A DNA stretch of 64,000 nt from Eledone cirrhosa (GCA_964016885.1 OZ024742.1:113646001-113710000); one strand, 5' to 3'. Positions 13,003-29,048 are shown, counted from the stretch's first letter. Program-made: numbers and translations. Notes: generated by a model from the letters alone, not told the origin.

Positions 13003-15619
13003 CGTACATATATGTTTCGCAGCCGTGAAGCATATCTATTTCTGATTAAGAAGATATGTAATATATACTTATTTCAATCTTTTTGAATTCTGTTTTTATA
13101 GATTTGATATTTGATAAAGAAATCTTCGTCAGAAGACACTCGGTACAAAACACTCATTTTCTGTTTAGTTTCAGATACGTTTGCAGTTATGGCTAGGAAA
13201 TTTATTTTTGCGATGGCGTAGCTTAAACATTTCTTCTTTAGCATATGTTTCTTTATATTTTTATAAATTGTTTACTTTCTAAAAATGATGCCGTGTATAG
13301 GTGTAACTATTTCATTGTCAGTTAAAATCTTTATCATTTGCATATTGTAGTTTACACATGTTAACAATAGTTATCATATTGGCGCACAAACGGGAAAGAT
13401 GAAACCACCTTATCTCCAGTTCTCATCCGTTGCAGTACTTGCTGGAGTTGTTTCATTGGTCATAGCAGTGAAATCCAAATTAAAGAGTTTGGCGCCAACG
13501 CACGATCTTTGTTCACAGCACAATGAATAGCGAAAGGGACTTGAACATTTACATTGAAAACAGAATTTTCAAGAGTGACTAACAAATCAGCTGGAAACCT
13601 GTTACGTCACTACGAAAGAAAATCTATCACCTATTTCCTTAATGCCCCGAACTGGTCTGCGCTTATGGTGAAACATTTCTCAGTAGCAGAATAGAAGCAA
13701 TCCTTATTTCGCCCGTTAGAGAATTGTGGTTGAACTTCATTCAGAATGTAAATTCAACCAACTACACATGAGTTTACCTAAGCGTTTCTGAGATAAGGAG
13801 TGCTATTTCTTAAATATATTTCCTAATCCCAGATGATAGGTGATTGTTAACTGAAAGATGGTTTAACCTCTTCCCAAGAAACTTGTCGTGGTAGAAACTT
13901 GGCGGGGTGATTGTTCTATGGGAAATTAATTTTGTTCAGGCTGTTTGCGGATATAAACATCGGACATTATGAAGGGATAATCTGTCCAGCTGTCACCACT
14001 ACACGTATTTTTATTAAAGCTTCCAGCTTGCCTGTCTTTACTTCTGATGATGCTAGTGCAATGATCTTGCATATCATCTTTCCAGATACGTGTAGGGTGG
14101 TGGTATGACATATTTGTGATTACAAGTTCATGGACAATGCATTTTCTGAGTGAAGTAACACATGTCAGAGCCATTCATTTCAATGATGAATCCCCGAGTC
14201 GGGTAACCTACACCCAATACGTCTTTGAACATCTCAGGGACAATACTAGCCTCTGACCGTGTTACAGCTGCTAGCGAAGCCTCACGTTATTCGTACTATT
14301 TATATTTAATGTCATCTTAGTTCATGACTTTTATTTTTATGACATATACACCGATCAAAAAAAAAATACGTTTCACCAAGAGTGAGCTGGCATATCATTG
14401 ATGCTCCCTGGTGAGTTTACAAGTCACATAGGATAGGTTGACAAATCCAAAAATTGATTTGCGCAGTTCAGTTTGGCGGCAGCTGCTCCAGATGGTGTAG
14501 GCGTCATTAAAGTTTGTAAGATGGCTTTTTTCCCGGTAGGCGTTGTTCTCTAAGTGCTGCAATATATAAATTGCAGGAGACGAGCCCTTTGATGTCCAGT
14601 GCATTTCTTTCTCCTGGTTTATGCCAAGTTTGAGAACCTTCCCTTTTACTTTGAATTTCTTTCTTTTCTGACAGGTACGATATCCCTACACTTACAGCTG
14701 TAGTGTGCTGGCTAGTGTGAGGTAAATCAGTCTATATTCTGGCACATTTTAGAGCCTCCTCCTCCAAGGAGGTGAGAAGAACGATTCCTAGAGAGAGCTA
14801 CTCAGACTCCAAAAGGGCTGCCGAATTCTGTTGATACTTTATTTTGTGCAGAGTGGCGCTATGCCATGAATCAATAGTGTGCACGTGTGTGCCTAAAGAT
14901 TCCAGTGCCACTGCACTTGTGCCCATCAACACATGACCTGGAGTAGTTACAATAAATATACCGCTTTAAATAATGCCAGTTGTAGTTTAACAGCTCAAAA
15001 CTAATAGAGACAGATGAGATTAGAACTAAGATTTTGATTACCCTGTCATGCATTTGTAATCTCGAGCTCCGCTATGAAAGCAAAAGCACAAGTGATTCTT
15101 CCCACCTCCGGGATGCAATAAAAGATAATTATGTATAGGTTAATTGCATCAGTACCTTAATCGAGGATCTACTTCTTCGTTTTAAATTCGCATGGTCTTT
15201 ACGTGCAGGCATTTGCTCTGGTGATAATCGTACTTAATAAGATATGAGATTATTTTCAATATCAATGAATTTCCCTATGCGTCTGACGAACAGTGGCAAA
15301 ACATAGGCTATAATTTGAACAACACAGTGGATTGTGTTAGTTCTACACCCGAAACATAACTCCTCTGAAATTAATATCAGACATGATTTGAATAAGGTCG
15401 TGTTCTCTGACATATTAATCTTTGATTACAATATACTTTAACGTTGGAATGTTTATTGGTCGCTGGACATTTTCTTTGATGGTGCTTTATCATAATTTCT
15501 TCGTCCAGCCGTACTACTAACATCTTACGTGACAATTTTTTGCATTTATTTCAGAATCAATATTAGTGACTGGTTCTTCTAAATAAATATATTCATTCAC
15601 AAATATGCATTGGAACGGA

Positions 15620-15940
15620 AACTCCTCTCATCCGAAGATCAGTGTTCCAGTGTTTCGATCAACGAAACAGCATGCTCATGAAATTAACGTGTAAATGACT
15701 GAACATCCCACAGACACGTGTATCGGTAACATTCAAGAGGTAACAACGTGAAAGAGTCAGTGTGAAGGCCGACACTTTGAATTAATTGCATTGTGCATTT
15801 GGCGGGCTTCCACCAGTTTCTATATACTCAATTTTACACTCAAGTATGATTTGTCCCAATATTATTTTATATGGCTTTTGCTTAAGTTTCTAACGAAAAC
15901 GTATTGACTGTGAAGCAAATCACTTGACACTTTGGCCATG
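15620..15940. mobile_element. old SINE remnant(s)
   Basis: Resembles octopod SINE sequence as I recall it (GATCAGTGTTCCAG...CACAGACACGTG...; the minus-strand end CATGGCCAAAGTGTCAAG is tRNA-head-like); diverged. Confidence 0.4.
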
Positions 15941-16318
15941 TTATGTCCACTAACTTAGAACTATAATGAAGTAGTAAGTATTTAAACAAAAATTATATAG
16001 AATAGAATATTGAACTCATTCAATCATTAGAGACTTTTGTTTCTCTCACTGTTTATTACCAAAATTATATCCAGCACCATTATCTGACACCTAGTTCATC
16101 ATCATATTTATTATATTCAATATATTAATATAGTAGTGCCTCTATTACGATAGATTCAGACATTTTTATGTCATTATATGGAGGATGGTTTGTAATAAAC
16201 AGTTCAAATGAGAAAGAGAGCGAGAGATAAAGAGAGTGAGAAGAGAGAGTGAGAGAGAGTGAGCAAGAGAGTGAGATAGAGAGAAATGGTGTGTGTGCGT
16301 GTGAGAGAGAGAGAGAGC

Positions 16319-16354
<36 letters not shown>

Positions 16355-16369
16355 TAAACTCGATGTATT

Positions 16370-16425
<56 letters not shown>

Positions 16426-19400
16426 CGATGTATTTAGTGAGATAGAAAATGAAAGGAGTTACCGAAAGACATGTAAAGGTACTACGTATTGTTTCACAGT
16501 TATAGTGATCAATATACAAACAAGGTAGTAGTGTATTCAATACAGGCATTGGCAGAACTTTAAATGAGTTTAGTTACGAGTCAGCATTTGGAGATGTATT
16601 AGCAATATTTACTTAACTAAGAATTATCCAAATGTGGTAGAAGGAATATGATTTCTCACAGAAGAAACAGAATAGTTTAACCCTTTTGAAGGATGTATGT
16701 TCAAATTCTACCTGCATTGAAATGAATGAATGGAATTTTGGGAGGATAGTTTAGGATCGGTGGTTGAAATCTCATAGAAATATAATCATTGGCTTGGATA
16801 TAAGTGTTTGAAATTGATATTCGAGTTTGATAATTATATATGAGATGTTTGTAGTATGTGTTTGTGTATGAGAGTTTGAGATTGTTGGGTGTCTGTGGCG
16901 TTCACTGACGACACAGAGTAATGTCGTTCGATGTGAAAGGTATGCATTCCATGCGATATTCGAATGCTTATTATACGATTTCCAGAGATCAAAACATTTA
17001 AAAGAGGACGGAATTTAACTTTGCAAATGTTGGAATCAGTAAACATCGTGGCATCAGATGAATAGAAGTAGCAGAGGAAGGATTGTGGATAGGACAGATA
17101 ACACACCAAATGTGCCAGAGATTTCGGAAATTGGTCTGTTAAATATTGACGCGAGAAATAAAGTTAAATAGCTTATATGAATACAAATAACTCAAGATAA
17201 CGCACTCCTCCTGATGCCATAATTTAACTATTGACCGTAACATTGGTTATTTCTTCCAACTTGATTATGCAAAACTATTTCGATTTCAACATAGAATAGG
17301 AAATGATGGGTAATTTATTTACTCACCCTACAAATGTGTACAGATGCCATTCAATCATCACCCTTTCTACCAAGGTGATGCCAAATATTCTATGCTGGTG
17401 TTCTCTGGTGTTTTGGGGCTCGAATTAGCATTTCGACATGTTCGTTGGTGATTTATTGATGTCGATACATTAATATTGATGAGGATGTTGGTTTTCTGGA
17501 TGGTGGTCATGGGTGCCATCATTATGATGATTTTGATTATAACACTTGTGTTAGAGGTTATGATCTTTACGTTAATATGTGGCTGATGATAGCATGTTTG
17601 ATGTAGTTTAGTAAGACTGTTTATGACCATTGTTGTGCTGTTGGTTTTTATGACAAGGTGATGGTGTAATTGGTGCTGCTATATTGAGAAACGTTGGCAG
17701 AAGCAAATATAACTGCTTCTGCCCAAACAAGCAACACTTCACCCACCACTACTGTTTTATTGTTTCTTTCTGTCACATAAATTCAATATTTTGTCATCAT
17801 ATATTTATCACCTTATCGCAATTCATCTAGAAATACTCCAGCAACACAATGGTTCCCACGCAATATACTAACTACACTATTATAATTGTTTGCAAAGATA
17901 AGATTAATTCACGGGAAAAAAAACTAATTATTACTTGTTTCACTGTTATTTAATTATTTATCAATGCAAATGATATAAAGATAAACATGACATTGCTGTA
18001 TGATAATTTTGAAAAATTCGTAAATACGTAACCACCAACATAGAAAAGATATAAGGTGAGATGATAACAAATATAAAACCAGAAATCAAACAAAGAGGAG
18101 ATAAGAGAGTAGTAAGTTATTGTAAGGTGTGAGGAATAAGAAAGTGGTTGATGCCACGAAATATATAAACCTTAAAAAATAATCTTATCAGAAATGTTGG
18201 GTATCCTACATTAATAATATCGGCCGACGTCCTCATACCGATGTACAATCCATATCCTCACGATAGTTTCTTTCGCTGAGTTAAATTATTGTTATACTAA
18301 AATATTTTACATGAAAGTCCGATCGTTACTTCATCGCCAATGAACATAATATTGAGTTATTTATACATACTGACATAAACGATAGTGTAATTAACATAAA
18401 TAAAAGTCGTGTTAGGCGTCAGTGTAACAGTCTTGTAAAAGTTGGCTTCCATACTTACTTGTCATTTGATTAGTGGGAAGAAAGGAGTCGAAAGTTCGGA
18501 TCTGCTTTGTAATTCCATATCTAAACCATGCTATCCAGCGTACACCCATTTGTATTCGTTTTCAGAGAGATCTTGGTGCCAAAGACTAATAACAGATTAT
18601 CCGATATTCTAACAATAAAACGCATTTAATATTTAGAAATTGATATTTATGCGTCGAACTGAAACAATGGAATGCGAAATCGACCTCGGCACTATTTTCA
18701 ATCAGAGCAAAAAGCCTCCGTATGAGTAGAGTGGCACTGCCAATTCCCTGCATATAGACTGCAAGACAACTATGAACATAATGGAAAACAAGAAAGCGCT
18801 GTGTATGAATGCATTATAGTGAAATTGTGTGCATAATACATACAGCGATAGTGGAATTATTATCAAAATATGATATAATATTAGTAGCATCTTGCAATGC
18901 ACATTATTATATTTTAGGGAAATATAACACTGTACTACACCAACAGCTTTTCATTTCTATAAATCTAAGATTCATATTATGTGAAGATAGGGAGCATCCA
19001 TCTGATTTCTAGATGTGTATTATTATTTCCATTTGATGGAGATGTGATTAGATCTGGAAACTTGGTTTGAATTTAGCAAACCGTCAATGAAACAGCTTTG
19101 TTCATCTGAGAAACCGGATGGATTGAAATATAGAAAGGTGTAGTTAGGTAGGAGTCACTGAATATAGGGAAGGCATTATTTCCATACGAGAGTATGTTTC
19201 TACTACTCTGTAGTATTACGTAACATTTACTGAATAAATGCCGGATGGCGCACTGCCACATAGCCGTGATGATAGGCGTGGTCGATCATTTCTGATACAT
19301 GGCTAATCAAATATAGAATATCAGTAAAGCATATCGTATTTAATGTTTCTGTGTGGATACTACATTACAGAACATATGTTCTGTTAGTCACGGTAGCATT

Positions 19401-20039
19401 GCAGTCAGATCTCCATCAGATACCAAACATAGCATCATTAATAAATAATAGGCACGTTCGATAATATATATTAACACACGTTAATAGAATATAGATTGGT
19501 CATATGTGGTATGCATTTGATCATAGATCAACATTAACCCACCGGACACAGGATTTAATACCAACAGCAACAATTTTAGTTGTCGATTGAACATTACATT
19601 TGACGCTTCATTCCCTGCAAACAGTTTAATTTAAAGACAACAGCCCAAACACAACTTATATACATTCCGTTGTCCTGTATTTGAATCGGAGATTAAATAT
19701 AAATTATCGCAGCAGAAATTTGAGTAATAACGAGCACATTCACACCGGCATAAGAAAAGATCCCGCCTTTTCGGGAATCCCCCCCCCCCCCCCACCATCC
19801 ATACCCTAGCACATAGATACCGCACGCCCTCTCAAGTCAACAGGGAGGGAGGTGGGGTGGGGGTGGGGGGTTAGGGGGGGGGGGGGGGGGGGTAAAGTTC
19901 TCTGGTGTGGGGTTTGAATAGTTTTTAGGATTCCCCAGTTCAGCAGCCAGTAAGTTAAAGACAATTTATAGTTACAACAATAAATGCTGAACAGAGAACA
20001 CAATTTTTAACAAACAATAATTTGTACAACCATAATGGA

Positions 20040-20560
20040 AATTCCAAGTAACAGAAAATATATAAATTACATTGTTAGAGCCTCAGAGTATACAATATTT
20101 TGTGTTCGGCCCTCCGGAGCAAAGATGAAGAGAATGTTTGGCGAGCTAACCCTAGAATATCCTACATACAATTGACCATGCGAGAATCACTTATCTCGTA
20201 GCTCGTCTAGCGGAGAAGTTCTATAGACGTTGACCTCTGGAGCAGGTAAGCTGTAGTGATTTAGAGGCCTACCACCAATCTCCAGGACACTGTTTGCAAG
20301 ACATCGTATGTTACGTTCGGATTGTGTCTGCGTGTGCGGTGGAGGATGCCCTCAGCTAGACTTTCGCGGGGGTTGTTCCACAATGCGAGAGAGTCGGCAA
20401 GATTGCAGTTGTGCAGCATAATAGGAAAAAGTTTTCAAAGCTGAGAAGGGACTTTAGCAGTTGCTGCTTCTTGCAGGGTGAGGTGCCAATGGGTGTCATC
20501 GTGTAACATTACACGCATCTGGCAAGCCAAACGAAACGGTAAGCCAAACGGTAATTGATG
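20040..20560 (+). mobile_element. possible decayed LTR-retrotransposon gag remnant
   Basis: GC-richer island with frameshifted gag-like words (RESL.., EDAL..); no intact ORF. Confidence 0.25.
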
Positions 20561-20703
20561 GCCATTGATGGTTCTCAGATCTTGGAAAACTGTGTTCCTC
20601 TAACCTCGAACAGTAACAATGACCTTAAGCCGTCTGTGCCTTCGTGAAATAAATATGTTTTTGCTTTTGTGTATGCAAAACAATCAGTACACGAATATAT
20701 ATA

Positions 20704-20806
20704 TTAAAATAACATATTAAAGTTTAAGCAAAGAATCGCTGCTTTCACCCTTAACGGGATCTTCTGAAACTAAGAGAACGCAGAAGTAAATATTTCGAAA
20801 AACGTT
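20704..20806 (-). mobile_element. pLTR end fragment carrying the CAGAAGA hammerhead variant
   Basis: Minus strand AGTTT-CAGAAGA-TCCCGTTAAGGGT-GAAA-GCAGCGATTCTTTGC-TT-AAACT, same family as 411-1381. Confidence 0.8.
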
Positions 20807-21613
20807 ATCTAATGCAGACTACTGGCATACAGACTAAGAAAAAGAGGGGAATGTTGTGCGACGCCATAAGAAAAGGTGAGGAATGACGTATAACCGGAAG
20901 TGTTGACATTTGACATTTTAAAGAAGTGAATATTTAAATAATGTATTTAATCTTTTAACAAAATTCAGTAGACAAAAATACTTTCAACTTTTTACTTGGA
21001 AACAGTTACATTTATGGTGCAAAGTTGGTTCTGTTTGGTTCAGGTGTTTGGCGAAAAGTTTGTTACCTACATACGGCCGTCAGCTTTATAGTATAGGTAA
21101 TATATATGAATGCATTTGTTCAGTCGCACAATCAGGAGTCAATATCAGAGATTAGAATGTCGAAAATAAGAGGGGGTGCACCACGCAATCACTTGCAATA
21201 TCCAAATGCCAAATTCCATAACATTACCCACTAAGCATTTCCAAATGAAGGATAACTCATTCTATAATGTAAAATGGATATGCACAGATAAGAGGTAGTT
21301 ACTGTCAAATATCTTAAACAGAGATATGTTCGATTATAGCCTGAGGTTAAATAGAAGCAACATATTTCACCCTGCAAGCTGTGCAAAGCTAATATACTGT
21401 TACAATGTTGATGTTTCCACTGGAAAAATGTTTTTGACAATATTAAACTTACAGAGCCTCGCCACTTTATTTTGATTATAATAATTATGGTATCAGACAT
21501 AGCTTACCCTGGATATCTATTTTCTTCTATAATATTTAAATATTTCTTTGATCAATGTATTTTCTCTACACTGTAAAATGAGAGCGTGCCTATTTGTATT
21601 TATTTTATTTATC

Positions 21614-21654
21614 TTTTAAATTGTTGCCAAATAGTTGTTGGCAACAATTTAAAA
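21614..21654. repeat. perfect 17-bp inverted repeat
   Basis: TTTTAAATTGTTGCCAA-atagttg-TTGGCAACAATTTAAAA. Confidence 0.9.
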
Positions 21655-23378
21655 ATGAGATGAATCAAAACATCTTGTCAATTATATTAAAGAAACGTGT
21701 GATTTTTTTTAATTTTCTGTAATTTTCGAAACATACCACAATGGTATTTCTTCAAAGGAAAAAAATTAACATAATGATCAACCATTTCATATGCACCTGA
21801 AACATGCGGTCATATTGCTCTGACTATTGCTAAACCGTTACTTATGAATTTAAAATAAGTGGTGGGAGTACTTAACCTCAAAACATTGAGTTATTTTTTG
21901 CGGAATCCGATAGTCTAAAACAACATGCATTGGTGTATGTTTTCTGCTTATTGTGTCTTATGTTCAATATCACCATTATTCATCTATAATTTTCAACATT
22001 TTGGGGTCCGACAAAATGATTTACAGACCAGTCATGTTGTTTTAATGATATTTGATACACCAACAACAAGCAGTAAACTGGAACCACTATATTTACCAAA
22101 GCAGCATATATATGTTAGCATTATCCAGCTGGACCTGATGGAACCCCAGACATGTGCAGGCAGCTCCTATACTTTAAGAAAACCGTCAACCGTCCACGAG
22201 ATGTGGATTGTTAGTAATCACACGATTTGTATTTCATTATTTATCCCGGGCCTTCCCTTAACATGTTTATATTCCCATGCCTCATACCTGAGTGTTTGAA
22301 ATAGATTGTCAACCAGTATATACCATCACTAGATTTCTAACAAACTGTAGAGTAATCCATATGATTGCACGAATCGATCACATATTCCTGCTTTGAGGAC
22401 GCTTTCCTTTTTCATCCCGCAAGTCTTACAGGTTCTAAACTTAAAATATATATTAAGTTTCTTTTGTGTTTGTTTGTATAATAATTAATACTAGAGAAAT
22501 TAATACCCCCAAGTCTATTAGTGTTATAAATAGAAGAGATTAATGAAGCCGTATTTGTAAATATTAAAAGTAGCAAGATTTAAATTTGGACAATCAGGAA
22601 TTCACAGTTGTAGTAAAAAGGGTGATCTTTCAATTTGATATGGATACCCACTTCCCATACCGCCCTTCGCGTAACACATTGTTTGGGAATGCGATTTTAG
22701 AATGATTCCAAAATGCAAAAAAAATAAAAAGGGTAAACAACAATAATCATAAAGATGATTCTGAGTAGTTATTAGCGCTTATCATAGCATCATTAATACA
22801 TTCAAACTCAATGTTGGCATCACTATGAAACTCAATATGACCTGAATAAACCCGATTAACTTGTTTTTGTTTCTATTAGTTGGTGTCGCTTGATCATTTT
22901 CTACAGTCATGTTTAACGGTTACTACTTAACGGGTACTGTGTGGTAATTTCCTTATATTCTTTCTGTCCAGTTCCGATGAGTATAGACATTGCTAATGAG
23001 ATTGAATAAGATAGCCTCTACATATTACAGAACACTAAATGATGTGATATTGTAAATTATCTACCTTGAATTCTGTGATGTTTGGCAGGCTATACAATAA
23101 CAAATTATCAGATATAGTTGGATGTTGTAACATAAGTACAGCTTTGTGAACTATATTTCTAGCACAAACATCTTTCTTAACATTATGTTAAAATGATAAT
23201 CAGATATATATTTAGTACTATAGATTTATATTGTTTATTGACTATTCATCGTAAGTCTCCAGGGGTGTTCTACATCAACACGTCTCACAAGTTTTGAGAA
23301 ATAATTTTGTTTGCAATTGGACTTGGAAAACACATATAACTGTATATTTTACTACGATCTTCATATTATATTTCACGT

Positions 23379-23484
<106 letters not shown>

Positions 23485-25863
23485 GGGGAAATCATGGGGT
23501 TGATGCAAAATACATGCGCATTATTGTTAGATATATATAATTAGATATGAAATAAATCATTTATATTTTATTATTCTACATATTGTAGCGTTTGTTACCT
23601 TACCTAGGCAGCTATCCATTGTGGTTAAACTTGCTAATTAGAGCTGCAAGGTGTCCTAACTTAAAGTTCATGTTAATATAGATTTTAGGATTAAGCATAT
23701 ATCGTGCAGCGTTATTTTGATTTCAAAATGCAAATATATATCATCTCTTAATTAATTCTTATTGTAATTGGCACTAAATTTCAGTAATCATTAACTTACA
23801 TAGACGTAAACTGTCTAAGTTCATGTACTCGTTGGATATTTTTAAATATTCCTCATGGAATATGCATTATAGAAGGCAATGCTTACTGTCATCACCGCAA
23901 TATGTTATTTCCACTGTTTCTCGCATTCGCAGATCTTATTTTTTCTCAGTGCGACTGTTCATATTTTCCTCTGATTATAGAGTCTTTCTTTAAAAGATTG
24001 CTTCTGTTAGAGCTTCCATTACTAATAATTACATATCATTTTATATTGAATAACCTTAAAGGCATTCAGTACAATTTGATGTAGAAATAAATGCTTCGGA
24101 TTCCTTTCATCCAATATGTTCGCAATGTAACCAGACCTCCAATGCTTAGTGTTAGATATGAATGAGTGATTCATAGAAAACGCAGTGAGTTTGAGAACCT
24201 CGTTACTGCGCGGTTTATTATTTCAATCTATGTGGAGAATTTCGCGTGAGTTATTCAGACACAAGTTACACAAAGTCCATAGCAACCTTGCTGAAAACAG
24301 CCCATGGGTCATTAACACACGGGAAAGTTTACAAATCTACGGATCTATAGTTGGTAATAATATTTTCGATGTTGAGATTCTTACAGGAAGAATCGTCATC
24401 TAGATGTGTACGGGATATGTCTGTAAGAATATAATCAAGTATTGATAACATATAAATGGATAATAGAGTTTATGATATTATGCATATTTATTCATTCTAT
24501 TGTCCCAGATTTTATAATTAGTGATATAGAGCTATATTATAAAAGACACATTGCCTTTATTTGTCGTTGCTCTACAGTCATGTGAGGGAGAAAATGTTAG
24601 ATATATGTGCACGACATTCAAGAAAAGGCTGCATTTTCTTTCTGGCTCACCACATTGATGAATATATATATTTATGTCGTATTGTTTGCAGTTGTTTATC
24701 TTCGTCGTAAGCCAGTGTGGAAAGCATATGAAGACATGCATTTCAGCCAACCCTATTTCGTTTTACAACCATATTTATTATAATTAGATTAACATTACTG
24801 AGTCTCAGATTCCCTGTGGCTAATCCTAGGTTAGATCTAACTGAATAGGTTTACATTGAAAGAAAGATTCGTCATCACCAATTAATCTCATATTCATGCA
24901 TAACATTTATTTGATAACGATATCTAACCGATACCTCCGCCTGGAGGTTGGACAGTAATTAGTCTAAATAAAAATATGTTTCTGCGAAAACTCCTTTACA
25001 TTACTTCCAAACACTTTCAAAGTCATCATTGTCGAATGGAGATTTTATTGATTTTAATTTTAGTTTTTTATTTATTTTTGAGTATCATTGGTTCAAGAAT
25101 CAACGTGTATATAAGAGACGTTTATATACATGTTAATTCAATTAATTACACTCGTATATTACCGTCCCATCACATGTATATGTATAGTTTAGTATCCGAT
25201 GTGTCCACGTTTCTTACTGATGATCAGTGTCTAAGATATTATCTGGCAATTTGTTTTATTATTATCACTAGGCAACAATGTATCATAGCTGTTAAATAGT
25301 TTTATATTGCTGTGCATCGATTCCAGAGATATTGTGTGCTATTTTTAGTAAATCAAGTTAACATGTTAAAGCCGAATCAATCCTTTCCTCCCTTCTTATT
25401 TTCTCTTAAATATCTTCTTTTCATGTTCGCATTTTACCCCTTTTTTTTTCCATCCCTTTCCTTTTCTTTTCCATCCCTTTTCTAGTCAGTTCCTCCGCCC
25501 TCGTTCCATACCTCTAATATTATTTCGATCTTCCCAGAATTCACCATCAATTCGTTATTCTTTTAACACCACGTTCATATCATTCTTCTTCTCCGCCTGA
25601 CATTCTTCCATATATAGACTCTCTTTCCATTCTCTAAAGATTTAGCCTATTCTGATTACATGTGATTACTTAAATAATAAGCTCCAATGTAAAAAAAAGA
25701 ACACATAAAACAAGAAAACACAAATTTGTCTTTAATGTGGTAGTTGATATTTAATATGGCATAGTTACTTATTCAAGGGAAGGTCAATAATACGGCTGTG
25801 CATACGTCCACATACATACGCACACATATTGCAGGAACACATACACAAGCACCCCCCCCCCCT

Positions 25864-25905
<42 letters not shown>

Positions 25906-28146
25906 AACGGAAGAAGTTGAGAATTATTAAAACCTTATGCCATCTGTTCCCCAAGTGAACGCCCGAATGACATAATAACGCGCAGACATTCGTCTGCCTT
26001 TTTGGTGCATTGCCAGCAGCCCATCAATACATTAAATAATCCAATAAACCAAATCACATTCTCATCAATCTACTTGATATATGAAGCAATGAAATATAGA
26101 CATAATTAACGCCATCTAAATCTGTTGCAGACTTCGTGTCTCCCACTCTTAGTTGCGCATGCCTAATATATGCCTGTTGTGTATTTGTGTGCACGCTGCT
26201 GCTTTTATGTGTCAGCATATATATATATATGCATGTATCTCTGTGTATCTATGTGTACTCATATATCTGCGGAATTTTGTATGTATGCGTTTGTATGTGT
26301 AGATTATTGTTGAATGTTTCATGCTCTAAACTGAAGTGTTTTTTTTTTATAAAATTTCCGCTTACTCAATATCTCTACGGATAATGGATTACATCAATAT
26401 TCTCGGTGTTTAGACTATTTCGATTTTCCAATTTAAAAAATTCCTCTGAAACTGATATAAATCTATAGATTTCATCTCTGTAGAAAATTCCTTCTGCTGC
26501 TAAAATGGAAATATTTAATTAACATCTTCAGAATCACGATTTTTCCTCAGTAAAATTCACACTACCACATAATACACTCACCCCACCATTCAAACCTTAC
26601 TTAAGCGAAGGTTTCATTGAATCAATTACAGTTTATGTCAGAAGGAGTTTCAGAATAGTATGATGGTTTACAATATAATTTCAAACAATCATAAAGTGCT
26701 CAACAGAACAATAAACCAGGACAATTCATACTTAAATTATTGGAAAATATATATTCTAACGTTGGAAATGATTTCTCTATTTCGAAAACTATGTAATTAA
26801 GAGAAATTTTACGATATTCAGATCGAGTATTCTGAGATGAAAAATTCTATATATTTTCTAATGTGAACGCGTTTAAAATTGATGACAAGAAAAAACGAAA
26901 TTTATTGGAAAATAATAATTGAATATGAGATGATAAACAAAGAATATAATATTGAAGGCAAAACGCATATTATATATATCACGAACCAATAAATGAAAGC
27001 ATACATTAGACATACATTTAAAATTAATAAATGAATATTTGGCACATTATAATATCAAAGGTTAATGACCCTAACATTTTAAATAGTGTTAAGATGAGGT
27101 AAATCATCCTCTAAAAGAGCAATAGAATGAACGATATAGTATCCTAATTATACCAGCCTATTAAACAGGACAGAATTCAACTATAGTTGAAATATTTCTT
27201 ATGCATTTCATTCACATTCTTCTTAATATTCTTTTTATTTATCTTGACACGTTAAAAGATTTTGCTGAAGTAAAACTTAAGGATGAAAAAAATAATAATG
27301 ATATTTAATAGTGGGATTACGTTTTGTTGGGTTGGTGTTGTACGAATGATGACATCTTTATTTTGGGAATGAAAGCTCAAATCCCCGTCCTCTTTGGAAG
27401 TAGCAAACTCACCATCACCAAATCTTTTCTGAGGCCTGTTACGGATATCAATTCACTCATATTCAGGAATATATTTAACAGGCCCTACCTGGATTTCATT
27501 TACTTCAATTTTAAAAACAGAGGGATATTATTTTTCCACCATCGTCAGTAGAACGTAGAGCCAAGTATTTTGTTTATTCTAACCAGCCAGCACCAAAAAC
27601 AAATTAAACGGTGACAGTAAAAGACTCATCAAATAATGTTATAATTTGTTCAAATTTCGTTTGGTGACTAAAGAGAATAATATTATATAAATTTAACAAA
27701 GTATACAATCAGGAATATCTATACAACATGAACGTGTCAAAATATACGTTTGAGTAAATCCACATGAGCTTGTAATATCGAATAATTTGAGATATAGATT
27801 ATATAATCCATTGAAAACAGAACTCTGAAACGCGTAAACAGATTATGTGTTGTATATTTTGAGATCAGGAAAATATATGAAATTCAACTCAATAAATGCC
27901 AGAGTGTATGGTAATCGGAAGATTAGATGTATCATTAGAATTCTCTCCAAAAGCAGAAAGTATAAATATCGTTATTTATGTCAAACACAAAGAATGTTAT
28001 CATGGCACAATCAATATAACTAAACTGCGTTCACTCATATTAATCGAACCACGGTGATATATTTATGTAATTCATATAAGGTGTTACGATATTTATTTAT
28101 TACAATTATTCATTGATATACTCTCACATTCGCATGGAGTAAACAC

Positions 28147-28210
<64 letters not shown>

Positions 28211-28216
<6 letters not shown>

Positions 28217-28396
28217 GTTTCTACTGTTGGCGCAAGGCAAGTAATTATGCCAGTGTGTTACTCGTGCTTTATTTCATCGACCCGTAAGGCTGAAAGTTAA
28301 CCTCGTGAGGATTTGAACTCAGACCATAAAGGAACATAAATATTTGCTGCAAAGCATGGCGTCAGACCCTCTACCAATACTGCCAATCCACTGCCC
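28211..28396 (-). mobile_element. tRNA-derived SINE, family A
   Basis: Matches 126-308 including the GAGTTCAAATCC B box. Confidence 0.88.
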
Positions 28397-28420
28397 ATCA
28401 TTATATATATGTACAATGTG

Positions 28421-28620
28421 AAGGCATGTAAGTGAGTGACTAGAGAATTTGATTCGCAATCGTGAGGTCGTGCATTCGATTCTTGGGGCAGGCGATGCAT
28501 TATGTCCCGAGTAACAGACATTATTTCACGTTGTTCATTCAGCCTGGATTTGCGACTGGTAGACGCTATTTGCAATATTAAAAACCAATGGAAACATTGT
28601 TTACAAGTCCGATTTCACGA
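28421..28620 (+). mobile_element. old CORE-type tRNA SINE
   Basis: tRNA-like head with CATTCGATTCTT B-box remnant, followed by CORE-like TTATGTCCCGAGTAACAGACATT. Confidence 0.5.
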
Positions 28621-28729
28621 GCTATATAGAAGATGTGTATATGTACATTTCAATTACGTGTATGCATATTTATACACACACACGACGCACACTCACGCCC
28701 GCCTATATTCACACACACACACACACATG

Positions 28730-28788
<59 letters not shown>

Positions 28789-28806
28789 CACACACACACA
28801 CATATA

Positions 28807-28850
<44 letters not shown>

Positions 28851-29048
28851 TAAAGGGAAGTAAGGTTCCATACAATACAATGGATATAGTGAAACGGTGA
28901 ATTTGGAAATAGCACGGAAAATATATTTAAGGGTCTGTTATTCTTTTGTGTTTTGTCAATGTGACACTATCGAAAAGACAACATTGGAAAACATAATATT
29001 CGTTTTAAAAAAATAAATGTTATAATGTATATAAAGTATATATTTATT

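Noticed and set aside
13060-13137. Minus-strand CTGACGA followed by an AGATTT/AAATCT stem
   Set aside because: No GAAA or stem III in the correct position
19779-19892. C-tract followed by G-tracts (G-quadruplex potential)
   Set aside because: Simple homopolymer runs with no supporting context
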